From a virus (Duplodnaviria > Caudoviricetes): DNA of 54,940 nt. The stretch lies in IMG/VR virus record IMGVR_UViG_3300037264_005663, positions 1-54,940 of that record; one strand, 5' to 3'. Both the position numbers and the translations under genes were made by a program. A model generated the notes under the pieces. That model did no database searches. It was not told where the DNA came from and saw nothing but the letters and a program-made list of their open reading frames with translations. Of the stretch, positions 53,395 through 54,940 are shown piece after piece; the first letter of the stretch is position 1; the number at the start of each line of letters is the position of its first letter.

Positions 53395-54940
53395 ATGAGG
53401 CTCCTGTTCAACGGTGGGCGGTTCGAGTTCGCCTGCCACTACGAGGACCGCTTCGTCCCCAAAGAGGCGGGGTTCCGCTGGGACAAAGTGGCGCGCGTGT
53501 GGTACACCGATAACCAACGCAACGCATCGCGGCTCATCGAATACGCGAGTGACGACTACGTTCGGTCTGTGCTCGAATCGGTGCGCGAGGAGGTGGCCGA
53601 GGCCGTCAATATGTCGAGCGCGGCGGACGCCGACATTGAGATTCCGGCGCCGGCAGGCTACGAGTACATGGGCTTCCAGCGCGCTGGGATTGCGTTCGCA
53701 CTCCGGCGCAAGGGGACCCTCATCGGCGACGAGATGGGGCTTGGCAAGACCATCCAGGCCATCGGAGTCATGAACGCCGACGTGGCAACCCACCGCTCCC
53801 TCATCATTTGCCCAGCATCACTCAAACTGAATTGGCAGCGCGAACTCGGCCGCTGGTTGGTACGGCCGACTATGGTGTGCCTGGCCACCCCCAAGGAGTT
53901 CCCGCGGCTCGAGCCCGACTGGCCGAAGCGAGACGCCGTGGTGATCGTGAATTACGACGTCCTATACAAGCACGAAAAATGGATTCGCGCGGTGGAGTGG
54001 GACCTCATCGTGGCTGACGAAGCTCACTACATCAAGAATCCGAAGGCGCGGCGGTCGCGCGTGCTCCTGGGCTACCGTGGCAACCCAGCGATCAAGGGTG
54101 CGAGAGGCCCCTGGATTCCAGGTATCGACGCGCGGCGGGTGATCTTCATGACCGGGACTCCCATCGTGAACCGCCCAAGTGAACTCTGGTCGATCATCCA
54201 CAGGCTCGATTCCGAGACTTGGAGATCGTGGCGAGACTACGTCGTACGCTACTGCGGATTCACGCGGAACCGGTGGGGCAGCGATGTCAGCGGTGCGTCG
54301 AATCTCGATGAGTTGCAGATGAAGCTCCGCTCCAGTGTCCTGGTGCGCCGCCTCAAGAAAGACGTGCTGAAGGAATTGCCGGCGAAGCGGCGCCAAGTCA
54401 TCGAAATTCCGGCGACTGTCGAGACGCAGCACCTCGTGGCGCGCGAGCGTGCGGCCATCGCGGCCAACGAGGACCGAATTCTGCAGCTCAAGATCGCGGT
54501 GGAGTTGGCCAAGGCATGTGAGGATGACGAGGCATATCGCGTAGCGGTGCGCGCGATGTCCCGCGGGATTATGACGGATTTCACGGAGATTTCGAAGTTG
54601 CGCCACCAGACGGCATTGGCCAAAGTGGGCGACGTCATCGAGCACCTGAAGGAGTTGGTTGACGAGGAGGGCGTCAAGGTCGTGTGTTTCGCACATCACA
54701 AGGATGTAATCGCCCAGATCGCCGGCGCCTTCAAGGGTAAGTCGGTCGTGCTCACCGGCGACACCTCACTCGAGGATCGCCAGCGCGCGGTTGATCGATT
54801 CCAGAAGGACGGGGCTATCCGGCTCTTCGTGGGATCGATCACTGCCGCGGGCGTGGGACTCACGTTGACGGCGTCCTCTAGTGTGGTGTTCGCCGAATTG
54901 GACTGGGTTCCCGGGAACGTGACACAGGCCGAGGATCGCT
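53395..54940 (+). CDS. SNF2/HARP-like (SMARCAL1-type) helicase, 3'-truncated
   Basis: Absent from the ORF track because it has no stop. Read from sequence: GFRWD..ARVWY, GDEMGLGKTIQA, ICPASLKLNW, DEAHYIKN, MTGTPIVNRP, VRRLKKDVL..LP.K, GVGLTLT, ELDWVPG...QAEDR. Confidence 0.92.
   Translation, partial: MRLLFNGGRFEFACHYEDRFVPKEAGFRWDKVARVWYTDNQRNASRLIEYASDDYVRSVLESVREEVAEAVNMSSAADADIEIPAPAGYEYMGFQRAGIAFALRRKGTLIGDEMGLGKTIQAIGVMNADVATHRSLIICPASLKLNWQRELGRWLVRPTMVCLATPKEFPRLEPDWPKRDAVVIVNYDVLYKHEKWIRAVEWDLIVADEAHYIKNPKARRSRVLLGYRGNPAIKGARGPWIPGIDARRVIFMTGTPIVNRPSELWSIIHRLDSETWRSWRDYVVRYCGFTRNRWGSDVSGASNLDELQMKLRSSVLVRRLKKDVLKELPAKRRQVIEIPATVETQHLVARERAAIAANEDRILQLKIAVELAKACEDDEAYRVAVRAMSRGIMTDFTEISKLRHQTALAKVGDVIEHLKELVDEEGVKVVCFAHHKDVIAQIAGAFKGKSVVLTGDTSLEDRQRAVDRFQKDGAIRLFVGSITAAGVGLTLTASSSVVFAELDWVPGNVTQAEDR

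Larger units (their letters stand above)
1..54940 (+). mobile_element. Tailed phage genome segment (siphovirus-like); no host flanks seen
   Basis: Terminase, portal, protease, capsid, neck, tube and tape measure genes in canonical order; dense co-oriented genes with ATGA/GTGA overlaps. Confidence 0.95.

Noticed and set aside
53414-54017. ORF-track ORFs 53414-53773 and 53808-54017
   Set aside because: They are out-of-frame overlaps of the SNF2 helicase, which starts at 53395 and runs off the window.
763-54699. Long minus-strand ORFs (e.g. 3604-5001, 18638-19768, 23521-24675, 30962-32065, 43941-44903, 48464-49537)
   Set aside because: They are antisense shadows of well-supported + strand genes in GC-rich DNA and show no recognisable motifs.
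1-54940. Apparent abundance of CTCGAG/TCGA
   Set aside because: It may only reflect Leu-Glu codon preference (CTC GAG); I cannot test this without a codon-aware count.
1-54940. Integrase, att site, DGR/reverse transcriptase, intron or intein
   Set aside because: No supporting motifs seen; lifestyle (temperate or lytic) cannot be decided from this window.

Overview
About 55 kb of a high-GC tailed dsDNA phage (Caudoviricetes; siphovirus-like, since no sheath gene is recognisable), with essentially all real genes on the + strand. The window starts inside a replication/nucleotide-metabolism block (1-~13 kb): an HTH replication initiator carrying iterons, a DUF1937-MazG fusion, a DNA MTase, a nuclease, an NMP-kinase-PurZ-like fusion with an adjacent MazG-like gene, and an RNA ligase. 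Next come packaging/head/tail genes (~14-39.8 kb) with a GT9 glycosyltransferase directly after the major capsid protein, then a ~7 kb glycosyltransferase/methyltransferase/B12-radical-SAM block with putative holins (39.8-47 kb), and a block of small presumed early genes ending in a truncated SNF2 helicase (47-54.9 kb). Three candidates stand out. (1) Four copies of a sigma54-type -24/-12 promoter, each preceded by a pair of TTGCA-N3-TGCAA-like palindromes spaced exactly 23 bp apart, plus a phage-encoded stand-alone Fis-type HTH. (2) A kinase-fused PurZ/PurZ0-like enzyme, suggesting a variant 2-aminoadenine (Z) pathway. (3) A putative virion glycosylation and glycan methylation system. No integrase, DNA polymerase, DatZ, endolysin, tRNA, rRNA or CRISPR array was recognised. 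All calls come from reading motifs by eye; no searches were run.
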